From Deferribacterales bacterium (lineage in GTDB: Bacteria > Chrysiogenota > Deferribacteres > Deferribacterales > Geovibrionaceae), in assembly GCA_050251945.1 (NCBI GenBank), contig JBFWLW010000001.1:448001-512000 (forward strand): a stretch of 64,000 nt of DNA. The letters are read 5' to 3'. A model generated the notes under the pieces. The model made no database searches and had not been told where the DNA came from. It saw nothing but the letters and a program-made list of their open reading frames with translations. The position numbers and the translations under genes were made by a program. This document shows positions 1 to 9,273 of the stretch, in pieces. The number at the start of each line of letters is the position of its first letter. The stretch's first letter is position 1.

Positions 1-2
1 AC

Positions 3-224
3 ACTGTCGAAGCGGATGCCGTTCTTCTTACAAATCGTTTCACATCGGAAAAAGATGTCAGCAAAATGATGGAAATGATCTATAACCCTTCATCAGTACG
101 CTACATGAGCACTCAGCATCCGGCAGCAATTGAGATACATCTTGACCCTGACATGAACAGGATGATGGTTTCCCCCCACCCCGGCGCTATACGATTCTGG
201 CGGGAAAAACGAGTTACACACTGA
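3..224 (+). CDS. C-terminal fragment of a probable TAXI-family TRAP solute-binding protein (5' end outside the window)
   Basis: Open frame from the window edge: TVEADAVLLTN...QHPAAIEI...VSPHPGAIRFWREK*. The terminal PHPGA motif resembles TAXI receptors. Not in the ORF track. Confidence 0.5.
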   Translation, partial: TVEADAVLLTNRFTSEKDVSKMMEMIYNPSSVRYMSTQHPAAIEIHLDPDMNRMMVSPHPGAIRFWREKRVTH

Positions 225-241
225 TTTTCTGCATGTCATAG

Positions 242-270
242 TTGACAATTTTGGTCTCATTATATATTAT
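242..270 (+). promoter_or_regulatory. sigma70-type promoter of the Fur-family gene, probably leaderless
   Basis: TTGACA (242-247), 17 nt, TATTAT (265-270); ATG 6 nt after the -10 box, no SD. Confidence 0.6.
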
Positions 271-276
271 TATGCT

Positions 277-687
277 ATGGAAAAAATGTATAATGTTGAA
301 GACATACTCAGAAACAACGGCTTAAGAGCTACAGCGCAAAGACTTCTCATTTGCGGAGAGATACTTGACGCCGGACATATCGACATAGACACCCTCTATG
401 CCCGCCTTAAAAAAAAGATAGTCTCACTTTCACTTGCGACAGTTTACAAGAATATACATGCGCTCATGGAAGCAGGAATTGTTTCCGAACTCGGTCTTGA
501 AGGCAAAAAGACCATGTATGAGCTTAAACTCAGACCCCACATTCACCATATCTGCGAAACGTGCGGAAAGGTCGAAGATCTGCATATTGAAACAGACGAA
601 ATTAAAGATAAAATAGCCTCCCTCACAGGAAGAGAGATTGCAGGATGCAAGATAACAGTGTTCGGCAAATGCTCCGACTGTAGCTGA
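277..687 (+). CDS. Fur/PerR-family transcriptional regulator
   Basis: GLRATAQR, SLATVYKN helix, HIHHICETCG and C-terminal CSDC Zn motifs. Confidence 0.9.
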   Translation: MEKMYNVEDILRNNGLRATAQRLLICGEILDAGHIDIDTLYARLKKKIVSLSLATVYKNIHALMEAGIVSELGLEGKKTMYELKLRPHIHHICETCGKVEDLHIETDEIKDKIASLTGREIAGCKITVFGKCSDCS

Positions 688-793
688 TATCTTTTTTATC
701 CGTTTTTATATCTTATTCTCATTATTTTAAATACTGCCCATTGATTTCTATTTTGTTTTCGTCTATTATTCTGCATCATTTATGGTGGGTAAT

Positions 794-1246
794 ATGAGCA
801 AGAATACCTGCATGCAAACTATAGTCCAGATTAGAAAGCTTTCACGCTTTCTGGACAAGTATTCCAAGCACCTCGACAAACAGTATCATGTTACGCTTCC
901 CCAGATGCTGTGCCTTTACGAGATAACCAGCAAAAGCTCTATGAACCTGACGGAGCTGACAAAATCTGTCAACCTGAACAACAGCGCCCTCACAGGCATC
1001 GTTGACAGACTGGAAAGCAAAGGCTTTGTTAAACGCGTTAAAAAAGACGCGGACAGAAGAACCATTTATCTGGAAGCAACAGAAGAAGGTATTAGCTACA
1101 CCGGTCAGCTCATGAAACAAATGGAAGAAGATTGCTTTTTTGACAAAGATAAGCTGACTCCCGCGGATCTTCAGAATATCCTGAACACACTTGATATCAT
1201 AATCAATTCTCTGGATCCGGACATTAAAAAGATCGAGCTGGAATAG
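794..1246 (+). CDS. MarR-family regulator (CosR/EctR-like N-terminus)
   Basis: VTLPQ...LTGIVDRLESKGFVKR...DRR winged helix. Alternative start at 782. TTGATT-17-TATTAT promoter at 741-769. Confidence 0.85.
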   Translation: MSKNTCMQTIVQIRKLSRFLDKYSKHLDKQYHVTLPQMLCLYEITSKSSMNLTELTKSVNLNNSALTGIVDRLESKGFVKRVKKDADRRTIYLEATEEGISYTGQLMKQMEEDCFFDKDKLTPADLQNILNTLDIIINSLDPDIKKIELE

Positions 1247-1249
1247 CGG

Positions 1250-1280
1250 AAAAAAGGTCATCCGAGGATGACCTTTTTTT
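1250..1280. terminator. bidirectional intrinsic terminator
   Basis: AAAAAAGGTCATCC-GA-GGATGACCTTTTTT inverted repeat between convergent genes. Confidence 0.85.
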
Positions 1281-1285
1281 GTATC

Positions 1286-2587
1286 CTAAAGAGTTATGGT
1301 CAGATTATTATCCGTGGGCGCGCCATCCTCTGCAAAGTCGTACATAGCGTATCCCAGCTGCTGAGTTGAAGCATCTGTGCTTGTCATCATCGCCTGAACA
1401 ACCGTCTGGGAAGCTGTGCTCAAAGATGCGAAGGTTTCATCACCTTTATAGTGTGCAACGTGTATCTCCGCACCGACAGACGCATATTCAACAGGCAGTC
1501 CGTATGTCGGTCCCAGCGTTGTATAAAGCTCCAGCATACCCTGCTCGGTAAATTCCTTTTTATAGGTATCAAAGTCGGTTTTTGAAAGTATGGAGTGTAT
1601 TTCATCGCTTGATATATTGAAAGTTTTTGCAGGAATATCGAGGTCTATTATTCTGTACGGGCTGGGAGCAGTGACGCCTGAACCGGTTTCGACATCATAA
1701 AGCACGCTGCTTGAAAATGAATATTTGACAACATCCTGCGCGTGGAAGTGACCTGTGAAAACGATATTCATGCCGGCGTTTGCCAGAGCCGCTCCGACAG
1801 TTGTATATTCATCCAGAACATATTCTGAAAAAAGCAGAGGTTCCGCCGCGAAATGCGCGATTATACCATGATGCATCATGCCGATCACAAGCTTGCTGTT
1901 TGCCTTTGCAATTGCAAGTTTATCCATTATCCATGTGAGAGTTTCGGCAGATATCTCACCGGACGTTTCTGGAGAGGTTTCGTTGTCGTCATATTTGCAG
2001 GAGTCGATAGCAAAAAGCCATACGTTGTCTGCGGGTTCAGCTATATAGCTGAGTGAATTGGAATCTTTAAAGATTGCTTTTGAAAAGCCGCTGTTTTTAT
2101 GGATGCTTGCAAACTCTTCGGGAGTGACTGTATCAACCTGCGTAGTGGAGCTTCCGCTGAATGAAACGGCATGCGGGTTGTTTATGTCGTGGTTGCCCGG
2201 AACGACATAGGTATCTATCCCTGCATCATTGAGCTTTGCCAGAAGAGAAGCTATCTTTTCGTGGCTGACCTTTTCTCCGTCTTTTGTGAGATCACCCGAA
2301 ACGAGAACGAAATCAAGATCCTCAACCTTCAGAAGCTCTTCAACCATAGCTTCCATTATCTCAGTGCTTTCAGCGAGCATCTTTCTGTCGTTTGAAAGAT
2401 ATTCCTCGAAAGCGGAACCTGTTGTTCCGAGCGAGGTATCGTAAACGTGGGGATCGGAAAGAACGGCGAAGCGTGCCGTTGTCTGGGTATCAGAATCGTC
2501 GGAACATCCTGTTGTAACACCCAGAGAAAGAGCCGTACCTACCACGGCTGTGGTGCGGAGAAAATTTCTTCTTGAAATAAAATACAT
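1286..2587 (-). CDS. Tat-exported calcineurin-like metallophosphoesterase lipoprotein
   Basis: SRRNFL Tat motif, TTGC lipobox, and the motifs SDPH, GDLT, PGNHD, HH, GHFH. Confidence 0.85.
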   Translation of the reverse strand: MYFISRRNFLRTTAVVGTALSLGVTTGCSDDSDTQTTARFAVLSDPHVYDTSLGTTGSAFEEYLSNDRKMLAESTEIMEAMVEELLKVEDLDFVLVSGDLTKDGEKVSHEKIASLLAKLNDAGIDTYVVPGNHDINNPHAVSFSGSSTTQVDTVTPEEFASIHKNSGFSKAIFKDSNSLSYIAEPADNVWLFAIDSCKYDDNETSPETSGEISAETLTWIMDKLAIAKANSKLVIGMMHHGIIAHFAAEPLLFSEYVLDEYTTVGAALANAGMNIVFTGHFHAQDVVKYSFSSSVLYDVETGSGVTAPSPYRIIDLDIPAKTFNISSDEIHSILSKTDFDTYKKEFTEQGMLELYTTLGPTYGLPVEYASVGAEIHVAHYKGDETFASLSTASQTVVQAMMTSTDASTQQLGYAMYDFAEDGAPTDNNLTITL

Positions 2588-2690
2588 AAAAGAGACCTCC
2601 GAATAATATTCTTCAAAGGTCTCTATAATCTATTTTCTACACAGGTCTATCATACTATTGTCCAATTTTGAACAAATATGATTATGCCGC

Positions 2691-3389
2691 TTAACGAAAC
2701 TGCTCTATGTATCTGCAGAACTCACCGAAATCCTTCTGGCGCTTCACAGCCTCCGTACCGATAACAAATCCTCCGGTGGCATTGAGTGCTTTATCCGAGT
2801 CCTCTTTTGTGCGGATGCCGAACCCTGTGACAACCGGTTTGCCTGTCAGTTTTTTCGCAATGTCGGCTTTGTTGTTAACAGCACCCTTTTTATCGGAGCC
2901 TGTCACGCCCATAATGCTGATATAATAAACAAAAGGAGCTTTCGTATCTTTCACGGCTTCTATGTCTTCATCTCTGGAAACAGGTGTTACAAAAGGAATT
3001 ATCGGAATTGAAAGTCCCTTTTCAATCATCCAGTAATGCATTCTTGCGGGGAGATCGGGAATGATAACTCCGCTTAAAATATCACCGAAATCGTCTGAAA
3101 ACTTCTTCTCGCCGTAGCCGTGTATTATGTTCGCATAGGTCATAACGGTTGCTTTTATTTCAGGATATTTCTGCTTCATCCCGCGAACGTCACTCATGAT
3201 GGCGTCAATATTCACGCCGTTCATCACTGCTTCATGGATTGCGGAGGCTATAACGGGACCGTCCGCCACAGGTTCACTGAAAGGGATTCCGACCTCTATA
3301 AACTCAAAACCCGCCGCCGCAACGGCGTTCAGACATTTTTTAAACTGCTCCCTGTCGGGGTAGCCGCCAACGATGTAAAAACCTCTCAT
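2691..3389 (-). CDS. trpA: tryptophan synthase alpha subunit
   Basis: IEVGIPFSEPVADGPVI, GVTG, GFGI; last gene of the trp operon. Confidence 0.93.
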   Translation of the reverse strand: MRGFYIVGGYPDREQFKKCLNAVAAAGFEFIEVGIPFSEPVADGPVIASAIHEAVMNGVNIDAIMSDVRGMKQKYPEIKATVMTYANIIHGYGEKKFSDDFGDILSGVIIPDLPARMHYWMIEKGLSIPIIPFVTPVSRDEDIEAVKDTKAPFVYYISIMGVTGSDKKGAVNNKADIAKKLTGKPVVTGFGIRTKEDSDKALNATGGFVIGTEAVKRQKDFGEFCRYIEQFR

Positions 3390-4552
3390 ACACGCCCCCT
3401 TTCAAGGATAGCCGCCATGTCCTTGTCTCCTCTTCCGGAAAGGTTTACAAGAACCTTTTTACCTTTGAACTGTTCTTTATTTTCAATTACATATGCAAGC
3501 GCATGGCTTGATTCCAGAGCAGGAATTATCCCCTCTTTGCGGGTCAGCATTTTAAATGCGTTAAGCGCTTCATCGTCCCGCACATAGCCGTATTTAACAC
3601 GTCCGCTGTCGTTCAGTGCCGCGTGCGCGGGTCCTATACCGGGATAGTCAAGCCCTGCGGAGATGGAGTGAACATCCGCCACCTGAAACTGAGGTGTCTG
3701 CACCAGATAAGAAAAAGCACCGTGGAGAATACCCGGTTTACCCATACCTATCGTTCTGGCGTGTTCGCCGTCTTTGTCGGATACGCCGCCTGCCTCCACA
3801 CCGAAAATTTCAACTTCAGGATTGTCTAGAAAACCCTGAAAAATACCTATCGCATTGCTTCCGCCGCCGACGCAGGCGACAACGCAGTCAGGGTCGAACC
3901 CGAGTTCCTTACATTGGGCGTTCGCCTCTATGCCTATGACAGACTGGAAGTATGCAACCATCTCAGGAAACGGATAGGGTCCAACGATACTGCCGATGAT
4001 GTAATGAGTGTTCTCAACGCTCGCCACCCATTCGCGCAATGCCGCGTTGGTAGCGTCTTTCAGCGTGCGCTGCCCATCCTGAACACGAACCACTTCCGCG
4101 CCGAGAAGCTCCATCCGCTTGACGTTCGGTTCCTGTCTGCGCGCGTCCACTTCGCCCATAAACACCGTACATTCCATGCCGAACAGAGCCGCCGCAGTGG
4201 CAGTGGCAACACCATGCTGACCTGCACCCGTTTCGGCTATGACTCTGTTCTTACCCATATATTTAGTAACGAGAGCCTGACCGAGCGTATTGTTCACCTT
4301 GTGCGCACCGGTATGCATCAGGTCTTCGCGCTTAAGATAAATTTCACATCCGCACTCTCTTGAAAGGTTTTCCGCTTTATAGACCGGAGTGGGTCTTCCT
4401 GCGTATGAATGGAGAAGCGTATCCAGCTCTGATTTAAATTTATCGTCCTTTTTCAATTTGTTATACCAGAACTCCAGCTCGTCCAGAGCGGGAATCAGGG
4501 TCTCGGGTACGAACTGTCCGCCGTACTCTCCGAAAAACATCTTTTTATCCAT
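3386..4552 (-). CDS. trpB: tryptophan synthase beta subunit
   Basis: KREDLMHTGAHK, AETGAGQHG, HSISAGLDYPG, NLSGRGDKD. Start placed at MDKKMFFG (GAGG SD); the longer ORF reads through a repeat. Confidence 0.96.
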   Translation of the reverse strand: MDKKMFFGEYGGQFVPETLIPALDELEFWYNKLKKDDKFKSELDTLLHSYAGRPTPVYKAENLSRECGCEIYLKREDLMHTGAHKVNNTLGQALVTKYMGKNRVIAETGAGQHGVATATAAALFGMECTVFMGEVDARRQEPNVKRMELLGAEVVRVQDGQRTLKDATNAALREWVASVENTHYIIGSIVGPYPFPEMVAYFQSVIGIEANAQCKELGFDPDCVVACVGGGSNAIGIFQGFLDNPEVEIFGVEAGGVSDKDGEHARTIGMGKPGILHGAFSYLVQTPQFQVADVHSISAGLDYPGIGPAHAALNDSGRVKYGYVRDDEALNAFKMLTRKEGIIPALESSHALAYVIENKEQFKGKKVLVNLSGRGDKDMAAILERGRV

Positions 4553-4566
4553 TGTATGCCTCGAAT

Positions 4567-4627
4567 AGATTGCTTCGCTACGCTCGCAATGACGTCTCTG
4601 CGAGGACTTTAAGGACGAAGCAGTCTC
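4567..4627. repeat. CGTC-type palindromic REP doublet, copy A (trpF-trpB spacer)
   Basis: AGATTGCTTCG..CTCGCAATGAC|GTCTCTGCGAGG..CGAAGCAGTCT inverted pair. Confidence 0.85.
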
Positions 4628-4631
4628 ATAT

Positions 4632-5162
4632 TTATTCTTTGTATGCATCTTCAGCATTTTTTATAAACTCAGCTATCTTATTGATATCTTTAACACTATC
4701 GGTTTCTACGCCGCTGGAAACGTCCACACCAAACGGTCTGTAACGGCGGATCACGTCGCCTACGTTCTCAGGTGTCAGTCCCCCGGCGAGAATAAGCCTG
4801 TCGCGGAACCCTGAAATCCATTCGGGATACTCGCATGTTTCGCCCCTGCCGCTGCTCTTGTCGAACAGGAAATAACGGAAAATACCCGTCGGCATCCCAT
4901 GTCCGCTAAGAATATGATTTTCTGCGGTGTTCGCATCGTGCGCCTGAATATAGTCGGTTTTATACCCCCCGCACTCAGCCAGAGTGAACCCCACAACGCT
5001 TGTCTTCACCCTGCCGCAAACAGCCGCAGCAATGGCGTTTGCATTCTCCGGCGCAATATATCTTCTGCTTGTTTCGTGTGCTACAAAACCTATCATGTCG
5101 GCGCCAAGCTCAATACATTTTTCAGCAGTCGCAAGGTCCTTTATACCGCATATCTTTATCAC
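4632..5162 (-). CDS. trpF: phosphoribosylanthranilate isomerase
   Basis: IKICGI, LILAGGLTPENV, GVDVSSGVE. Confidence 0.93.
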   Translation of the reverse strand: MIKICGIKDLATAEKCIELGADMIGFVAHETSRRYIAPENANAIAAAVCGRVKTSVVGFTLAECGGYKTDYIQAHDANTAENHILSGHGMPTGIFRYFLFDKSSGRGETCEYPEWISGFRDRLILAGGLTPENVGDVIRRYRPFGVDVSSGVETDSVKDINKIAEFIKNAEDAYKE

Positions 5163-5914
5163 GCTTTAAGTCCCGCCGCCATATCGGAAAATACTGCCTG
5201 CGGATCGGGCGATGACATAAGCCCCGACCCGACAAGAAAGGCATCCGCTCCAGCCGCACGCATTTTGCGGATATCATCCGCGCACTTCATGCCGCTTTCA
5301 GCCACTTTAAAGTGTTTCTTATCGAGACGGGATATTATGCCTGCCGCCTTATCCATGTCTATTTCCAGCGTTTTCAGATTGCGTGCGTTCACACCGACTA
5401 TGTCCGGGTTTATGCCTGAAACAATATCGTATTCCTCTTCCTCGTGTATCTCAGTCAACACTGTCAGCCCTTTTGACTTCGCATAAAGATAGAGCCTTTC
5501 GTAATCCTCTTTTGAAAGAGCGGATGCCATCAGAAGAACCGCGTCCGCACCGAAAACGTAAGCGGAATATATCTGTTTCTCGTCGATGATGAAATCCTTG
5601 CAGAGAACAGGCAGGTCAATGCTGTTTGCCACGTCGCGCAGATACTCGAAACTGCCCTTAAAAAACTCTTTATCGGTCAGCACGCTCACAGCGCCTGCAC
5701 CCATCAATTCATAGCGTTTTGCTGTCTCCACAGGGTCGGCACCGACGTTTATATCCCCAAGTGTCGGCGAAGCTTTTTTTACTTCGCAGATGAAGGGTTT
5801 CGCCATCAGGCTTGCCTTGAAATCCAACAATTTCTTTTTACGCGGAAAGAACGGAACCGTCAGATTTTTGACCTCTTTCCTCTTGTTTTCCAGTATCTTT
5901 TCAAGCACTGACAT
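5159..5914 (-). CDS. trpC: indole-3-glycerol phosphate synthase
   Basis: EVKKASP, SVLTD..FFKGS, LCKDFII, AESG. Confidence 0.95.
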   Translation of the reverse strand: MSVLEKILENKRKEVKNLTVPFFPRKKKLLDFKASLMAKPFICEVKKASPTLGDINVGADPVETAKRYELMGAGAVSVLTDKEFFKGSFEYLRDVANSIDLPVLCKDFIIDEKQIYSAYVFGADAVLLMASALSKEDYERLYLYAKSKGLTVLTEIHEEEEYDIVSGINPDIVGVNARNLKTLEIDMDKAAGIISRLDKKHFKVAESGMKCADDIRKMRAAGADAFLVGSGLMSSPDPQAVFSDMAAGLKA

Positions 5915-5915
5915 C

Positions 5916-6905
5916 TTATATACTCCTCAGACTTGCAAGCTTTTCAAGCACGATACCTGTCTTGATAGTCTCAAGCGCCAATCTGTAACCATCGCGAATA
6001 CTATCCGTCTTTCCGAAGACAGTGAGCGCCAGACCTGCGTTCAGAGCTATCAGCTTTGAAAAATCGCCGCCATCTGCGGATATAGACTTATTAAAGAAGA
6101 AACCTGCATCCTCGTTTGTTTTCACTATCGGCATCTGGAAAGGGGTAAAGTATTCAGCAGGATTGATGTAATGCTTGATTATCCTGCCGCCGGAAACCTC
6201 GTGAACTTCTGTGGGGGCGAAAGAGGATATCTCGTCATATCCGTCCAGAGACGAATAGACAGCTACCCTGTCACGCCCCAGCATCAGAAGGCTTTCGGCA
6301 AGGATCGCCAGTTTGTCGCGCATTGCCATGCCCACTATCTGTCCGCCGACATTGGCAGGGTTCGCGAGCGGTCCGAGAAAGTTAAATATCGTGGGAACGC
6401 GCAGTTTTTTGCGTACGGCGCCTGCATATTTAAGCGCAGGGTGGTACATTGGCGCAAAAAGAAACGCGAAATTATGTTTATTGAAATAGTTCTGCATGTC
6501 AGCTTTTTCACTGTTAACAGGAACGCCCGACATCTCGAATATGTCTGCTGAACCGACAACACCGCTCACTGCACGGTTGCCGTGTTTAACCACAGGATAG
6601 CCCATTGCGGCAAGCAGAACAGCCACCGCAGATGATACGTTCATTGTGGATTTGCCGCTTCCGCCTGTTCCGCAGGTATCGTAAACCTGCATATCCGTAT
6701 CAAAAGCTATCTTTTTTTCGTTCATAGCGCGTGCGGCTCCGGCTATCTCGTCCACTGTCTCGCCGCGAAGGCGCATGGAGATGAGTATTCCCGCTATCTC
6801 CGCCTCTTCAAGTTTACCGTCCATCATATCAATGAAGGCGCTGTATGTCTCTTCAAATGAAAGGCTCCCGCCCATACAGGATTTTTTTACAAGTTCCACA
6901 CTCAT
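5916..6905 (-). CDS. trpD: anthranilate phosphoribosyltransferase
   Basis: DTCGTGGSG, KHGNR, PTIFNFLGPLANP; start at MSVELVK overlapping the trpG stop. Confidence 0.95.
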   Translation of the reverse strand: MSVELVKKSCMGGSLSFEETYSAFIDMMDGKLEEAEIAGILISMRLRGETVDEIAGAARAMNEKKIAFDTDMQVYDTCGTGGSGKSTMNVSSAVAVLLAAMGYPVVKHGNRAVSGVVGSADIFEMSGVPVNSEKADMQNYFNKHNFAFLFAPMYHPALKYAGAVRKKLRVPTIFNFLGPLANPANVGGQIVGMAMRDKLAILAESLLMLGRDRVAVYSSLDGYDEISSFAPTEVHEVSGGRIIKHYINPAEYFTPFQMPIVKTNEDAGFFFNKSISADGGDFSKLIALNAGLALTVFGKTDSIRDGYRLALETIKTGIVLEKLASLRSI

Positions 6906-7462
6906 TTTGACACCCCGCATATATTCATAAAATTTTTAGCCATAACGTCGCCATAGGCACTGAGAACCGATTCGGGATGGAACTGCACCCCGTAAAGTTT
7001 GTTCGCCTCGTCCTCCATCCCCATGCATTCACCGTCGGAAGCGGCTGTTGCAGTCATTACGCTTTCCGGAGCCGCCACCGCCAGCGAGTGATAACGAACG
7101 GCGGTAAATTCGTCGGGAATACCTGCGAACAGTCTGGATTCTCCGGTCTTTTTCATAATGTCGGTTTTGCCGTGCATAATGGTCTTCGCACTGCGTATTT
7201 CATATCCCATATGATACCCCATGGCCTGCATCCCCAGACAAACGCCCATCATAGGTATTTTGCCTGTGTACGTCTCAAGGTATTTCAGAGTTGTACCCGA
7301 GTTCGCAGGGTTTGAAGGTCCGGGGGAAAGGATGATACCCTTATAGCCGTCCGCCGCTTTGAACTCTGTGTTTTTTATGACGTCCACCTGCGCGCCCGCC
7401 AGTCTGAAAAGCGCGTACAGGTTGTATGTGAATGAATCGTAGTTATCAACCAACAGAAACAT
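6902..7462 (-). CDS. trpG: anthranilate synthase component II (glutamine amidotransferase)
   Basis: DNYDSFTYN, SPGP, GVCLG, RYHSL, QFHPES. Confidence 0.95.
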   Translation of the reverse strand: MFLLVDNYDSFTYNLYALFRLAGAQVDVIKNTEFKAADGYKGIILSPGPSNPANSGTTLKYLETYTGKIPMMGVCLGMQAMGYHMGYEIRSAKTIMHGKTDIMKKTGESRLFAGIPDEFTAVRYHSLAVAAPESVMTATAASDGECMGMEDEANKLYGVQFHPESVLSAYGDVMAKNFMNICGVSK

Positions 7463-8927
7463 CTCTTCCCTCCGCTGCCGCTATTGTTTTGTATGCGGCA
7501 AATAATGCGCCGAGCTTGTTCTCGACCTCTTTGAACTCGTTTTCCGGAACTGAATCGTAAACTATTCCGCCGCCCGCACGAAGCACCGTCTCCTTAGGTG
7601 TCACGAATGCACTGCGGATGGTTATGCATGTGTCCATGTTGCCGCTGTATCCGAAATAGCCCACGCATCCGGCATAGAAACCGCGCTCGGATTTTTCGTA
7701 CTGCTCTATAAGTTCCATCGCCCTCACCTTCGGCGCACCGGAAACGGTTCCGGCGGGGAAGCATCTCATGAACAGTTCGAGAGGATTCGCCGAATCTTCA
7801 ATCTGTCCCTCAACCTCGCTTACGATGTGAATGACGTGGCTGTAAACCTCCGGTACGAATTCCTGAACAACCTTAACGCTTTCCGGCTTACAGCAGGTGT
7901 AGAGGTCGTTGCGGGCAAGATCCAGAAGCATAAGGTGTTCCGAACACTCTTTTTTGTCTGCAAGAAGAGCTTTCTTCGCCGCTTCCAAGTCCTCCATTAT
8001 AGGGCTTGTGCCAGCAATGGGTTTCAGGATAGCTTTTCTGCCTGCCACCTTAAGGTGTATCTCGGGAGACGAGCCGAGCAGTACCTCTTTGCCGAACTTC
8101 AGGAAAAACATATAGGGCGAAGGGTTAATGTTGCGAAGCGCCCTGTAAAGGCTGAGGGGGTTCAGGCTGCCCTTAATGCGGTATGCGTTGCTGATAACAA
8201 CCTGTATCGCCTCGCCGTCCTTTATCTCTTTTTTCACCTGCTCAACACAGCGCATGTACTCATCCTTTTCCATGTCTTTCACTATGTCGCAGTTGAGGTC
8301 GGAATCGAAGTTATCGAAATTGAAACGGTTCAGATCGCCGCTCATCTTCTGTGTGCGTTTCATCGCTTTTTCATAGGCATCTTCGCCGCCTTCTGTTTTA
8401 ACGCTGACAGCGGCATAGAGTTTTGAAAGGTGGTTGTCGAACACAAAAAACTCGTCAACCTCCATGAAACCGAGAAGTTTGTTATCTTTTGAACATTTAA
8501 CGGGCTTTTTAAGGATATTCATGTAGTTTATGGACTCGTAAGCGAAGAATCCTGCAAAACCGCCTGCAAAGTCACCGAATTTGCCGTCATTAAAACCTTT
8601 TTCGGCGTAAAACTGCTGTGCCATGTAATCCATGGGATTCATTGAAAACGTTTTCTTCTTTCCGCCTGATTTTTCCGTGATTGTGTCGTTTTGAAAGGTT
8701 ATGACTCTTTTGGGATTGTTTCCGAAAAATGAGAAACGGGAGAATGTCTTGTCCAGATTCGCACTCTCCAGAAGGAACACATTCTCCTCGTTGGTGAAGT
8801 TGCGCAGGAGCGAAATGGGGGTGAAAGTATCGCCCATAATCTCTCTGTACACCGTGACCCTGTCATAGTCCTTTGCCAGTTGAATAAATGTTTCCCTGTC
8901 GGGGTAAACGGGCTGTCTGAGGTTCAT
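7446..8927 (-). CDS. trpE: anthranilate synthase component I
   Basis: LLES, NPSPYM, PIAGT, EHLMLLDLARND, FPAGTVSGAPK, AGGGIV. Confidence 0.95.
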   Translation of the reverse strand: MNLRQPVYPDRETFIQLAKDYDRVTVYREIMGDTFTPISLLRNFTNEENVFLLESANLDKTFSRFSFFGNNPKRVITFQNDTITEKSGGKKKTFSMNPMDYMAQQFYAEKGFNDGKFGDFAGGFAGFFAYESINYMNILKKPVKCSKDNKLLGFMEVDEFFVFDNHLSKLYAAVSVKTEGGEDAYEKAMKRTQKMSGDLNRFNFDNFDSDLNCDIVKDMEKDEYMRCVEQVKKEIKDGEAIQVVISNAYRIKGSLNPLSLYRALRNINPSPYMFFLKFGKEVLLGSSPEIHLKVAGRKAILKPIAGTSPIMEDLEAAKKALLADKKECSEHLMLLDLARNDLYTCCKPESVKVVQEFVPEVYSHVIHIVSEVEGQIEDSANPLELFMRCFPAGTVSGAPKVRAMELIEQYEKSERGFYAGCVGYFGYSGNMDTCITIRSAFVTPKETVLRAGGGIVYDSVPENEFKEVENKLGALFAAYKTIAAAEGRDVSVG

Positions 8928-8963
8928 TTTATCTCCTTAACGATTATTGACAGATAATTAATC

Positions 8964-9035
8964 AGACTGCCGCGTCAGCCTGTCGGCTTCCTCGCAGAGA
9001 CGTCTTCGCGAGGAGTGCAACGACGCGGCGATCTC
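8964..9035. repeat. CGTC-type REP doublet, copy B (inside the trp leader), with degenerate TGACAG/CTGTCA flanks
   Basis: AGACTGCCGCG..CCTCGCAGAGAC|GTCTTCGCGAGG..CGCGGCGATCT; flanks GATTATTGACAG (8942) and CTGTCAGCATC (9048). Confidence 0.85.
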
Positions 9036-9075
9036 TTTTTTATAATACTGTCAGCATCTTTATATGTTTAAATTC

Positions 9076-9111
9076 AAAAAAAAAGACCGTGATCTTTTCA
9101 GAACACGGCCC
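9076..9111 (-). terminator. second terminator-like hairpin in the trp leader
   Basis: minus strand GGCCGTGTTCTGAAAAGATCACGGTC followed by T9. Confidence 0.7.
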
Positions 9112-9122
9112 TGTATGGCAAC

Positions 9123-9180
9123 AAAAAAGCCGTGCGGTTTTCACCGCACGGCTGTTATACACAAACTCATGGCGAAAACC
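9123..9180 (-). promoter_or_regulatory. trp transcription attenuator (antiterminator plus terminator)
   Basis: Terminator AGCCGTGCGGT-GAAA-ACCGCACGGCT followed by T-run. Upstream GGTTTTCGCCA can pair either with GGTGAAAACC in the terminator or with TGGCG in the Trp codons. Confidence 0.85.
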
Positions 9181-9183
9181 TAC

Positions 9184-9246
9184 TTATTCAGAAGATGAAC
9201 GCCACCACCAATTTTTAACGTTTGTTTTAGCTGCAAATATATTCAT
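9184..9246 (-). CDS. trpL: trp operon leader peptide MNIFAAKTNVKNWWWRSSSE
   Basis: 20-codon ORF with three tandem TGG codons directly upstream of the attenuator hairpins. Confidence 0.9.
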   Translation of the reverse strand: MNIFAAKTNVKNWWWRSSSE

Positions 9247-9273
9247 GTGCGTATAATGCATAAAGTTTATCAC

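Noticed and set aside
4553..4657. 35-residue N-terminal extension of TrpB (RHCERSEAI) suggesting a protein-embedded repeat
   Set aside because: It is the translation of REP copy A and overlaps trpF; the downstream ATG at 4552 has a GAGG SD and gives a normal-length TrpB
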